Part shown: one piece after another, positions 36,143 through 47,830 of the stretch | Numbering within the stretch: the first letter of the stretch is position 1 | Layout of the letters: each line of letters opens with the position of its first letter | DNA from: Fimicolochytrium jonesii | Lineage: Eukaryota | Direction: 5' to 3' | Length of the DNA: 64,000 nt | NCBI RefSeq assembly: GCF_025526975.1 | Contig: NW_026515698.1 | Span: forward strand, 186,001 to 250,000 | Position numbers and translations under genes: made by a program | The notes under the pieces: model-generated | The model's input: only the letters and a program-made list of their open reading frames with translations | What the model was told of the DNA's origin: nothing | Databases searched by the model: none

Positions 36143-39092
36143 TCACCCATCAACATCCATCCCCACAACCCCCTCCCCCTCCCCCGCCACGCCAAACCCC
36201 CTCTCAGCAAGATAAACCGGCACCGTCCTCGCAATCCCAAAATACTCCTCCCTCGCATACTTCTCCCCAACCGCCGAGTCCTGGTGCGTGAAGCAGCACT
36301 GCAGGAGGGGTGCGACGTAGGGGAGGAGGGTGGAGGGGGTGTAAGTCGAAAGATGGGTGTGTGTTTCCGTCTTCATGAAAAAAAAAAGATTGGTCAGCAT
36401 TGGTCGAAAAAAAAAAAACAGAACAGTGGGATATATATGTGATCGTCAGACTTACCCACTCGGTACCCAACACCCACCCGGCAGCCGCATACGCCACGGC
36501 CGCGACGACACTGGCCGGGACACCCACAAACCCCTCCTCCAGCATCGCGAGCTCACACAGGTACTTGCCCAGCATGCGGTGTCTGGGGTCCCATCCATCG
36601 GCTCCATTCAGCCGTCTGAGCCACAGAACCGGACCCGCGAATGCCGAGAGGTCGTACTCCAGTTTCTGCAAAATATACCGTTCCGCCGTAATGATCAGAC
36701 TAAGCGGGTACTGCTCCTCCGCCAGCTTCACAAGATCGGCTAGCGGGGGCGCATACTGCTGCTCGAACTTAGCGGCCAGGGTGAGTGCGCAGACAGCGAC
36801 GAGGTGGTAATTGTGCGTGAGGACCGTGCGGAGGGAGAGGAAGCGGTCGAGGATGTGGGTTGTGAGGAAGAGTGTTTCGGGGAGGAGGTTGAAGTGGGTG
36901 TGGAGCTGGACGAGCCAATTGATGAGGACGCGGCGCATGGACCAGGTGAGGGTGGGTTGGGTGGGTGAGAGGGCGTAGTGCGGGTTGATTCTTATTGTTG
37001 CCTGTGGAGAGAGTGTGTGAGTGAGCCCTCCGATTTTTTTGAATGATATGTTGCCAAGTTCGCAGGTGATGCTCTTACCTCCCTCCCCCGCAAAACCCCC
37101 AAAATCTCCTCCTCATACTCCGGCACAAACACCTCCTTTAACCGCATCCGCTCAACCTCCACCTCCCTCTCACCTTCCCTCCCCATCAACCTACCAACCC
37201 CCTTCATCACAAACACCGGCGTTCCGCCACTCTTTTCCAAATCCCTAAAATCCTTCTTCCCACACCGAGGCGCTCCCGGCATCTTGCGATCCGCGAAGGG
37301 ATTCACGGAGGACGCGTTGGAAAAGAGTCGCAGGCGGGAGGTTTTGGTGGTGGAGGCGGTGTGGAACGAGGACGGGAATGTGGGTTTGGCGATGTGGCGT
37401 GAGAAGAGGGTGGAGTAGGAGGTGGTGAATGTGAAATCGTCTTGCTGGACTTGGGTTTGTGGCGTTTGCAGGTATGTCGGCTGCGTGGGGGCCGTGTAGT
37501 GCAGTTGCACCTTCTGGTTTGGTTGGTGCAACAGTTGTTGTGCGTGTGCGCTGCTGCTTCCACCGGAATTGGAGCGGACCGTCGCTGAGGTCGTTGAGGT
37601 ATGTGCAGCGCTGGGCGCAACGGTCTCCGATAATATCCGCGAGTATGACCCATGACCTGATGCATGACTCGGCATATTGGCGCTCAATGACGAGCTCGTG
37701 GACGATTTCTGGACCCGTCTCATCGTCGTTCCCGCCGTACTAGCATAGCTGGCCACGGATGCCTTGAAATCCACAGGCCTGGCGGTACTCGCATGTTGGA
37801 CATGGTGTGCGATCGGAGCGCTCGGCAGCCTTGTTTGAGCCGGCGCCGTAGATGAGACGGACGTATAAGTCGTAGTTTTCGGCTTGGATTTGACACGTTG
37901 GGATGCGCGGATAGTTGATGGCGGCGGAATGCTTGAGACATGAGTGCGAGTTGATGCTGGCGCTGGCGCCGGCGGCAAGCGGTTTTCTTTGCTATAGTGG
38001 TGGACCGACTTGACTCTTTTGTGAGCGTGCGCTGGCCTGCCCGTCTGGATGGTGCAACAAGTGCAAGCTAAGTTAGCAATCCATGAGGAAAGTCCAGAAT
38101 TTATTCGGAGATGGACCATACCTCATGATTGACAACATCCCCGCCCGCATTCCTCTTAATCTGCTGCTGCTCCATCTGCATCTGCATTTCAACCAATTCC
38201 CGCTCCCGCTGCTTGCCTTTCTCCAGCCTCTCCAACCGCTGCATCCGTTCCACCCGTTCTTTCTCCCTCTCGCTCTCCATAACTATCTCGCGCGATTCCT
38301 CCCTAGCCCGAGTCCGCACTGATTTTCTAACATTCAAGCTTGGGACATCTGGAATAGATTTGTGTACATGGCTCGCGGGCGTTGATGAGAGTTTACATCC
38401 GGTGGCCGCGACGGCACGCAATTCCATTCGGCGACGGGTGACATCTGAGATGCGGCCTTTCATTATGTCCGCTGCGTCGGTGGTTGTAAAGGGGGGTAGG
38501 TGTCCGTCCCGCGAGCTGATAGATGTTTGGAGGCGCTGGGTCTGGATTTGAAGGCTGTCAATGGTCTGCGTGCATTTGCAGCGAACCCAGCGAACCCTTA
38601 CCTCGACTCTCCTCGGCTTCAGTATTGGCCGCGCGGTCGCAGCGACTGTCGTGATGCTACTGTTAGTGGTCGAAGTACGCGAGCGTCCAGTTGTGTTCGC
38701 TACCAACGATCCTCGCGCCGTCGAAGCAGTTGTGCCCGAAGAAAGCTGCAAATGATATTCGAAGTAAGTAAGCATGGTGGCGGATCTTCTTTAAGGACGG
38801 CCGGTATCCAAGCCATTCCGTAACCCACCTTTCTCGCCTCCTGGCCCACATCACGACCCACACTCACACTCAACCCAGACCTCCTCGTGCCCGCCGTCAT
38901 GACCGTAGTATTCGCGGTCGCATATCCGGAATCTTCAGCAAGTCGAGTTGATGCCGCACTGCTTCGCTTTCGCAGAGGCCTGTCTGGGTAGGAAGGGGTG
39001 CATGCTCTTTCGGTCGAAGACAAATGGGGGGGCACGCGCTGTCGTTCCGTCAGGACGGGCTGCATTAGGGAGGTTTTGATTGAGCATTTCAT
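36143..39092 (-). CDS. B-type-like cyclin with long low-complexity N-terminus (start codon and 5' exons approximate)
   Basis: Cyclin box MRRVLINWLVQLHTHFNLLPETLFLTTHILDRFLS...LAAKFEQ...AERYILQKLEYDL; last exon ...VGEKYAREEYFGIA. Confidence 0.85.
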
Positions 39093-39861
39093 GGGATACT
39101 GCTCGAACCAGACGCTTCTCACAGACCTTGGTGCTTCTAGCCGACATAGTGATCTACTTCGGCCCTCTCGCTTTCTACTCTACTTCGCTTGCGATTCACC
39201 GATTCACCAATCTCTGATTTTTTTCGCGTGTCTGAACACCCGTGTCGTATCCGTCACACTCTTCACTATCGACGCGATCTAGCAGCCTTCCGCTCTCAGT
39301 CTTTTCGTAAACTCAAAGCGTATGTCGTTCCCCCCACGTGCTTCCTCTTGAATCACAGAGTATCCGACGAACACACCGACCGGCGAAGTTCCTTCTCTTG
39401 TATTTGAAGCCCAAGTCTCGTCGTCGGACGCAGAAACCCGCACTCTTAACGCTGTGGCAACGGCTGTTCCAACGCGTGAAATGCTGAAGAGTTTCGACAA
39501 CTTTCGCTCGTTGGACTCCTCCTGCTTGCTGGACGACTACTGGCTGTCCCTATGAAGCGTTGCGGTGTAATTCTTCCTGCACAATAACTAAAGGTGATCC
39601 ACGCCGTGATGCCCTCCCTCTCTCTCTCTAGCCCTTTGCCTTTGTCACACTTCTGACCGCTGCACGCGCGAGACTCGGACGTCACGTGTTGCGCAATAAA
39701 TAAGCAGGGGTTATATCCGCCGTAAGCACGCGTCGAGCCCACTTCCACGAGTTTTCCCCTTTCCCCTTGCACGCGTTGGTCCCGTTTTTCGTCAGCAGCG
39801 AGCGACCTTTTCCCTATATGCAGCTGGCCCGGGAAGGGCTAAGAACAACTTTCGTGATTCC

Positions 39862-39928
39862 CCACCGCAATTTGCCGTGCCACCCGCAATTTGCTGTGCC
39901 ACCCGCAGTTTGCTGTGCCACCGCAAGG
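39862..39928. repeat. ~19-bp tandem repeat CCACCCGCA(A/G)TTTGC(T/C)GTG, about 3.5 copies
   Basis: Directly visible; followed by TATAAAA at ~39942. Confidence 0.9.
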
Positions 39929-40003
39929 CTTCGCCGACGGATATAAAAGCGCACCGCAGGTCGCTCCCTCGTTCGCTTTTTCTTCACTGGCATGGCATGG
40001 CCA

Positions 40004-40362
40004 TAGAACCTGGAAGGTGCGAACCCAAGTAAAGTAGCAGTGATACTCTGCAGCTGCCCTTGAGGCCTTTGTGCCGATGATTGGGTAGACAGCGCATGGA
40101 ATGGCCTTAGAACCTGGAAGGTGCGAACCCAAGTAAAGTAGCAGTGATACTCTGCAGCTGCCCTTGAGGCCTTCGTGCCGATGATGGGGGTAGACAAGGC
40201 ATGGAATGGCGTTAGAACCTGGAAGGTGCGAACCCAAGTAAAGTAGCAGTGATACTCTGCAGCTGCCCCTGAGGCCTTCGTGCCGATGATGGGGTAGACA
40301 GCCCTTAGAACCTGGAAGGTGCGCATCCCAGTAAAGTAGCAGTCATACTCTGCAGCTATCCC
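40004..40362. repeat. Tandem array of ~104-bp units (three units plus a partial fourth)
   Basis: Units starting TAGAACCTGGAAGGTGCGAACCCAAGTAAAGTAGCAGTGATACTCTGCAGCTGCCC at 40004, 40108, 40213 and 40306. Confidence 0.97.
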
Positions 40363-40454
40363 CTAGTGGGCTCTAGACATCGAAATTACGGTTGACTTCT
40401 TCTGAGAACAAAAGAAAAAGATACCATGCGTTAAGATATCGGGGATCTCGGCAT

Positions 40455-41110
40455 CCCTTACGCGTGATGTCGGCCATCACGAGAGTGTCGCGCGACAATG
40501 TCGGCCAGACGGACATCGCAGACGCAGAGTGAGAGCGGCTGCCATCGCATTGTAATATGCCTGCCGTCTTCAATCACCAACTCCAAGAGCCTCTCTGTTA
40601 CAATACAATGCTAAGTCGTTCGGGCATGTCAATGGCGGACATTTCTTACGCGTAATGTCCGGAATGTGTGCGACATCGTTGGTGCACATGAGCAGCCGGA
40701 CCAACTCCCGCGCAACATACCAATATGCATATCGCCATGTGTCTCTACTGCAGCGCTCTCTGTTACGAGCCCTAGCTTTGTGACATGTCGATGGAGCGCA
40801 TTCTCTACGCGTAACGTTGCAACATGGGCGCGACAGTGTTGGTGCACATGGGCACGGACCAACTTACAAGGCACATATCAATATGCATACCGCAACGTTG
40901 GTGATTCGCAACCGCTATTTGTTAAGAATCCATGTCAGGTCATTTGTGACCTGTCCATTGCTTCCACTCATTTCGCGTGATGCCCGGAATGCGGCGACAT
41001 GGCCGCGACAGTGTTGGTATACATTGAGCACATGGGCCACCGTTGCGCGACACCATCATAGATCATTATGCATTATCATTTATGTCTCTGCACCGGCGCT
41101 CCTCATTATG
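40455..41110. repeat. Old, degenerate ~160-190-bp repeat units
   Basis: Recurring (A)CGCGT(G/A)AT...GCGACA..GTTGGT(G/A)(C/T)ACAT at ~40460, 40648, 40807 and 40973; CAATATGCATA at ~40721 and ~40880. Confidence 0.65.
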
Positions 41111-42164
41111 AACTCATGTCGCTCCTTAAATTTCGGGATGTTCGCCAAATCGCGCTGAACGTTGAGAATGTCGCGGACATTGCACACACGGAGATGTCAA
41201 CGTACTGTATATGGCGGGATGCGACAGGATGATTGAGCATCTGAGGCTCCTGCGGCCGACTATTCCTTGGGCCGCATGATAGGGCTATCAATGGGTTCGC
41301 ATGTCCGGAAACCCTCGCGTGCATCTCGCGTTTTTGACGCCCGCAGTGGGACATTCACTGTCGGACATTCGGTCATGACGGCCCCCAAACTGGGACCTGT
41401 CTTCAGCGGAAGCACCTGAACTCTTGACGACTCCTCTCAAAAATTGCGTGACAAAATCAGTCCTCTCATTTACCGTTTTGAAGACTGGATTTACCTGGTG
41501 AGGAACATATTGCGCATTTCTGCAGCGGTGGTCGACGCCTGCAAAGCGATCACTCCATTCCAACAGAGCCTGCGAGGATATCCTTCACTGTACATGTATA
41601 ATCGGGTAGGACGGAAGGTGTGATGGAAAAGGATAGAGCCTGGCATAGCAAGCACTCCAAGCACACACTGCATCATTTTACGGATACAGTTTGGGACGAA
41701 CGCAATGTGCATAGCGCTGAATCGTAGAAGTCTGCATTTGCTGCTCCTCTGCGTTCAAATCCTCTGAGCATGTACTGTAGTTCAATAAATGTGAGACACA
41801 AAGTAACTGCCGTTATGTCGGATTGGTACATCGATGAAGCAAGAGCTCCACTTCCCGACTTCTTTCTTCCACTTTTGGTGACCCAAATCCAATCTTTTGC
41901 GTCATGGCTGCATATGCTCAATTAGTTGCTCTTTGAATGATTGCAATTCCAACTAAGGCGTTGGCATCTGTGGTAACAGGTTCAAGCATAGTCAGCGAAA
42001 GGTTCCACAGCATAATCTTCACATAATTTTTTGTGCTGGTGACTCGCCCGCTTCCGTTGAGTAGATCACAGACCATTGTCGCCAACACTCCCAAACCGTT
42101 CTCTTGTGCTACTCTGCTTTATTAATGTGACTATATCTACGCCGTCTACATGTATAGCGACACA

Positions 42165-43583
42165 CTATCCAGATATGCTACCAGCAAACACCATTCCCAA
42201 ATCTCTACACCCATAATACAACCACAAGCCCTCCTTCGACCCCGTCAACAACCCAGGCTGCTGGCACGCCGCCTTAAACACCACCAGCGCCTTCGGGATG
42301 CCCGGAGCCGCCGGAGGGGCCAAATCGACCGAGCATTTCCGCACATTCAGGTCCCCGTCGATCCAGTACACCGTGTCCCCCCTCTCATCAACCACCAGCG
42401 GTCCGGGCGGGCTGGACGGGTTTGCAGGAGAGTTGACGCACATTACCGTCGCTTCGCTGGATACGAGGAGGGTTTTCCGCAATACGCTGGTGATGCCTGA
42501 CGTGGCGTTGTGCGCGAGGTACACGAGCGAGGACGGCTCGTGGGGGATGTACACCGGCGCTGTATCGGCCGTACCGCCGATCCACGACGTCCGCAATATC
42601 GGGCCCGTAGCGGTCAACGAGTACACTCTCACGGTCTTCGAACGAAAGGTGACGGTCATTTCGGTGCCGGATGAATGCATGGCGACGTCCGAGACGGGGT
42701 CGGCGGGGACATTCGCCGCGCCCAGCGCCTTCGTGTACGTCACCGTCATCGTGGTCATATCCACCCGCGTCACATTCGGGACCGCGCCCGTCAGGCCCGT
42801 CGCAACCAAATACACCGCCGAATTCCAATCCTCCGGCACAGTGCGGATGAGATCCACCACCCACCCAATGCGCACCTCGCGCGGGGGGTTGGATATCTCA
42901 AGATCGTTCGTCCACTCCGTATCGTCGAACTTCGTCGAGATCAGCGATGTGCCGTCCGTGCTCACCGACACGAAGGTGGTCTTGTTCTGCGGGTGGAAGA
43001 CCCCAAGTGTTCCGGAGCCGCGGAACTCGTACACTAGCTTGTCGTCGTCCATTTTGTACGCTTTCATGCCGGTCGCGTTGCTGACGACAACGTAGCGGTC
43101 GTCGGGGGAGATTTGGAGCCCGGTCATGTCGCCTGTGTGGACTTTCCCAATGGCGGCGGGGTTCCAGCTGGGGGTTGTTGGGGTCGAGGCGGCGGGGCTG
43201 GTGTCAAAGTAGTAAGAAGGGGCGGCGTTGAGACGCACGATCAAGACGACCAGGCCCGCGATGGTCGCTTTGATGAAGATGATGAAGACGATGGTTTGGC
43301 CGCGCGTCCACCTTTTTTGGGGCGGTGGTGCCGCAACGGGGTCGGAGACGGAGTAAACGGGTAGCATCCTGGAGCTTTCCACGTCAGGTATATATCTGTG
43401 TTCGTCGTAGACTGGGACAGCTGACGGTGTGTATGCCGGGGGCGGCGAGGCGAGAAGGGGGAGTATCGGCGTTGCGGGGCCGGCTGCCGATGGGGCCGGA
43501 TACGTACTTGCTGGTGGGTAGGGCACCCGGGCGGCTGCCACGGGGACGGCCGGCGCTTCTTGCCATGAGTGGGGGTTGTTCAT
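42165..43583 (-). CDS. Single-pass membrane protein: Pro-rich N-terminus with PY-like motifs, WD40-like C-terminal region
   Basis: PPAY and LPVY motifs, TM segment IVFIIFIKATIAGLVVLIV, then HTGDMTGLQISPDDRYVVVS and VSDVAMHSSG...VRVYSL. Confidence 0.7.
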   Translation of the reverse strand: MNNPHSWQEAPAVPVAAARVPYPPASTYPAPSAAGPATPILPLLASPPPAYTPSAVPVYDEHRYIPDVESSRMLPVYSVSDPVAAPPPQKRWTRGQTIVFIIFIKATIAGLVVLIVRLNAAPSYYFDTSPAASTPTTPSWNPAAIGKVHTGDMTGLQISPDDRYVVVSNATGMKAYKMDDDKLVYEFRGSGTLGVFHPQNKTTFVSVSTDGTSLISTKFDDTEWTNDLEISNPPREVRIGWVVDLIRTVPEDWNSAVYLVATGLTGAVPNVTRVDMTTMTVTYTKALGAANVPADPVSDVAMHSSGTEMTVTFRSKTVRVYSLTATGPILRTSWIGGTADTAPVYIPHEPSSLVYLAHNATSGITSVLRKTLLVSSEATVMCVNSPANPSSPPGPLVVDERGDTVYWIDGDLNVRKCSVDLAPPAAPGIPKALVVFKAACQQPGLLTGSKEGLWLYYGCRDLGMVFAGSISG

Positions 43584-44197
43584 GATGGTCGTGAAGGATG
43601 GGGGCCAGCCCGCGCTTCCCAGATGTAGTTTCCTTGATATGGAGACGTCGTTCAATCCTCCCAGGCCTGCCTTTTATCGACCTCCACCGCCTGCGGCCGT
43701 GCCCAGCTGCTGTGGTCCAAGCACTCAACCCGGTACGCCAAGTTGCATGCCATCTCTTCACATAGTCTGTCCAACTCCGATGTGAGGCCAACACCCGCAA
43801 AATTGGAGAAACTTGGTTGTGTTCTTAATATTTTGCACCATAAAATCTTTCGAACCGTCACAACTCCATCCCCCGGACAACGGTCGCTACTTGCAAGGGG
43901 TTTTCGACGGTACCGTGACAGTCTGAGTGTCCATGGCGACGGCTGCGGGTGGTCGCAGACTACACCCCCAATTATGAGAATGCCAAATGAAGGAACACGC
44001 CCGATCTTCCAGGCACCTCCAAAACGGACGTGCTGTAGGCATTCTTGAAGTTGGTTCCCTTGAAATTCAGTGACGACGCGCGCGGGAGGTTCTTTGGTGA
44101 TTGATCCAGGGACATCGCATCAGGACTTTCCCTGGACCTTCCAGTCTTGAATGTCGCATGAAGATTCCCATCCAACATGTCCCAGGGACATCTTCGG

Positions 44198-44225
44198 AAC
44201 CCTAACCCTAACCCTAACCCTAACC
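44198..44225. repeat. Interstitial telomeric tract (AACCCT)4+
   Basis: AACCCTAACCCTAACCCTAACCCTAACC. Confidence 0.95.
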
Positions 44226-45098
44226 TGTTTTCGTGGGAACAACGCATACGGGAAAGAAAAGAAAGGGGAGGGTATATCGTGGTATGTGTACGTAGTCTGT
44301 GGATAGTGGTAGGAGTCTGCGGATAGTGGTAGGTGCGCGACGAACTGGTAGGTGGGGTTCCGAGACAAGCAAGGGAACCCTCTGCAGCATCCAGAAACGT
44401 CGCTACCACCCCACAGGTCCATGCAATGGCGAAGACGGCTTATGGCACATACCCTGCAGCAGAGAGAATGAAGGTGTGAGAACGGCGTAGTTGGAAAGAG
44501 GAGACCGGTTTTAGTCAGCGTGCGCAGTCTCAGAATTCAGGGGGAGAATCGAGATCGCAATGTTGGGAATTACCTCATTACCCAATACCCCATTACCTCG
44601 GTTCCCACGGTCCCCCTCGCGTCCTGAATGCCCGCCTCAGTGCCCTCTACAACCATTACCGAGGCTTGCTCCGCTGCATACACCACTGCTTGCGCCGCCG
44701 CTTGCTCGGTGATTGCAAATTGTTAGAGTGCTATGAGCCCCGCGACATGTGCTGTGCTGTTTCCCCCTCTTTTTGAAAGTCGTGCGCTCGTGGAGGTTCC
44801 CAGTGAACCTCCCCTGGAGGGACCTCGCGAGTTCATGCAATGGAGGTTTGGTGAGAATGTCTGTGGGCGGAGAATGTCCTGGAAACCTCAGCCAGAGGAG
44901 CCTGGGGAATGTCCTGGGCACGTCTCGAAAGAAGGCGCCCCGGACTGGAGCTGGGATGTCTGGGGAAGGTGGGTAGGGTTGGGGTTAGTTGGGGATGTCA
45001 TATGAGCAAACAAGAAGAACCATCCATGGCCTCCGACGCGTTGAATCCGCGCAAATGGCATTTTCCCTTTCTGGGGGTGTAGGCTACTGCCCATAGGA

Positions 45099-45122
45099 TT
45101 AGGGTTAGGGTTAGGGTTAGGG
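45099..45122. repeat. Interstitial telomeric tract (TTAGGG)4
   Basis: TTAGGGTTAGGGTTAGGGTTAGGG. Confidence 0.95.
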
Positions 45123-45620
45123 CGGCTTGCTGCTTCCACCATGTCGAAATGCTGTTGAAATGCTGCATTCCCGCAGGACTTTTGCGGCGGTCCCGCGTCC
45201 CGTCGAGTGCAGGACGGGACGGGATGGGACGCGGGATATCCCACTGCGGGACGACCCCCTATCGCAGACATATGGTCAGTGGTCACAGACTGTATGTACC
45301 GTCGAAGGCCGGCTGTCTCTGCTCATAGTCTGATGTCTAGGAGTAGATGTCTAGTAGACATGGTCCCGACACAACGGAACGGCGGTCAACTGTCGTTCGC
45401 GTTTTAGGCTTACGTTATGGAGAATGGGACACGGCGTAAAGTCTCACACACTCGATGCCTTCCCAATTCATCACAATGCCACATACCACGAACAGAAATC
45501 TACATAGCTACACGATTACATATTCAAACGAACGCATTTCTGGCTCTGATATATCTACATTCATCCCCTCCCCAACAAACCGATCCGGGCTATACCCTCT
45601 CCATCTTACACCCCCCCCTC

Positions 45621-47317
45621 CTACGGTTCCGTCGACACGATCAAGTCCGAGGACCGGACGCGTTTCCGCTTATGCGCGTAATCTTCCTCCTCGTCTTCCT
45701 CTTCTCCAGAGTGGGTAGTACCATGTTTCTCATCCCCTTTGGAACCCTCTGCTTTGATTGATGTGTGCTTCTCATCCCGCGCGTCGTTCGGGCCTTCATT
45801 ACGCGTGAGTTGCCGAGCCGTATCTACCGCATCCCGTTTGCGTCGGTTGGTCAGCAGTTCACGGGCGTCGCTGCGTTGATCGGATTGCTCGCCCTCGTCA
45901 TGACTGTGATGCTCAGGTGTTGCTGTCCGTGACCTAGCCCGGTCCTCTCGTCTCGATTTCACTTTCGTTCGGTCATCCTTCTCACGGACTTTATCGACAT
46001 CCCTTGACCTGTCCCTATCGATGTCCCGGTCTCTGTCCCTGTCTCGATCCCTCTCACGGTCTCTCTCCCTGCTGCGGTTGCGATACCGTCTCTCGTCGTC
46101 GCGTCTGTATCGTTCTCGCGATCTTGATCGGGACCGACGTCGGCGGTAGGATCCGCGGTCTCGCGATCTGGAGCGTGAGCGGGAGTGGCGGCGACGGTCG
46201 TAGGATCGGGATCGGGAACGTGAACGACGTCGTCTTCGTCGATCTGCCATGACACAAAAAAGTTGTGAGATTTAGGATTCAGGCCGCTGGGTGCAGGGCG
46301 AGAGAACACTTGAAATTTCGTGCATTACCTCTCGAAAGGTCTCTGTCCCGTCGCCATCTCGTATCCACACTCCTAGATCTCGACCGACGTCTCCTCGAAA
46401 CCGGCGCCACCTCTGACGGCACCGGCGTAGTCGCACTGGCCCCTTCATCCTCATTCCCATACTTCTTCGCAATCGCCGCCTGAGCCTCTGCCACGCGTCG
46501 CATAGCAGGATCCAGCATCACATCCGGTTTCTTCGGCGCTTTATTAATTGCGTTTTTCGAATAATTGACTTTGATGAGCCTGTCGCCCAGCCCCGCGCCG
46601 TTGAGCGGGAGTGCTTTCGCAGCCGCTTCCTGGGTTGCGAATTCCATAAATGCAAATCTGGTGAGTTGTCCGGAAGAATCCCCAGCCATCTTCACGTGTG
46701 CGATCTCCCCGCATGGCGCAAAGAGTGCTCTCAGCTCTTCTTCGGTGGTTGTTATGCTCAGATTGCCAATGTACACCGTCCTGGCGATCTCCTCCGCTTT
46801 TACGGGATCGAACTGGAGGATGGATGCATTGATGTTGGGGTTACGGGCCAGCAGGGCTTCGGCGACGGTGGGTGTTCGTATTGCGGGGGATGCAGTGATC
46901 GTGGCTCCCAAGCTGGGCGTTGCTTTGCCTGTGATTGTGACGAATAGTGTACGGTCGCCTAGATCTGTCCCTGTCAGATGCAGGGCGGATTGGGCGGCGG
47001 TTGGGTCCTCAAATGCCACCTGGCACTCTTGCAGGCCATCGTTGCTTGGACTAGACGAGGGGCAACCTTGCGTCTCAGCATATTATTACACTGAGCCCCA
47101 TCGACACCGCACCCGCTCACCTTGGATAGAGTTTGACTTCATTCACCTGCCCGAGAAACTCGAATAGGGGTTTGAGAACATCTTCCGTCACCAGAGACGA
47201 AACGCCGGCAACCTAAATCACCGAGGGACCGACTTTCAGTCTTCTTTCTGCATCCGTGCACATCTCTGACTCAGGATAAACCCTGCCACCCACCTTGACA
47301 ACGGTTCCAGTGGCCAT
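45621..47317 (-). CDS. SR-family splicing factor with two RRMs and RS/RD domain (SRSF11/SREK1-like)
   Basis: MATGTVVK|VAGVSSLVTEDVLKPLFEFLGQV; EEIARTVYIGNL...RFAFMEF; MRRVAEAQAAI; long RSRSRS/RDRD tract. Confidence 0.88.
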
Positions 47318-47830
47318 ATGGACTGCCTGCCTGCCTGGTGGCTTCTGACCTTTGGCCTCTTCTACGCGTGACCTTTTGCGCTGATCTCTCCACACTTGGA
47401 GGACAGACTCCGCCTAGACTCACGACCGGAGACTCTGAAGACCAAAGCGAAGGGTGTGTGTTGCTATATGCAAGCGCTACGGGTATAGGTCGAGATTGCC
47501 TTTGAGGTGAGAAGTGCAAACGTCCGTCTCGAATGAGAACGCGCCGTCTTCACCCACCTCCTTCTCCTCCTCGCATTACAGCCTCGTCCGTCCGTGGGCA
47601 TCGGGTGCACTGAAGGAAGCGTGGGAACGCTTTGGGAGCTACCACCCGACCCGCTCCTCCAACCAGAGTGCTGTCGCGGTACTGCCTACTGTTCCCTGCT
47701 GGTGTCTCTCTCGCCACTCTACGAACTTGCCTGGAGGACCTTAAAAGTGGTCTTTCCCTGCTGGTCGGCCCAAGATCACTTCAGCGACCAACGGTTATCA
47801 CTGGATATTCTTCGGTTACAGGACGCAACG

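Larger units (their letters stand above)
43908..45301. mobile_element. Putative non-autonomous inverted-repeat element with internal telomeric tracts
   Basis: Imperfect terminal inverted repeats CGGTAC-CGTG-ACAGTCTG and CAGACTGT-AT-GTACCG, flanked on both sides by TCGA; inner inverted match TACACCCCCA (43961) / TGGGGGTGTA (45072); no convincing ORF. Confidence 0.5.

Noticed and set aside
39814..40326. Protein-coding ORFs over the 104-bp array
   Set aside because: Unit lengths of 104 and 105 bp shift frame between copies; the ORFs are by-products of the repeat.
40004..40362. CRISPR array
   Set aside because: Units are nearly identical along their whole length with no unique spacers, no cas genes are present, and the context is eukaryotic.
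40340..40380. Helitron 3' end (CTAG followed by T)
   Set aside because: No GC-rich subterminal hairpin at the expected distance.
44198..45122. True chromosome end or end-to-end fusion
   Set aside because: Tracts are only about four units long, lie among ordinary genes, and are ordered CCCTAA then TTAGGG, the opposite of a fusion scar.
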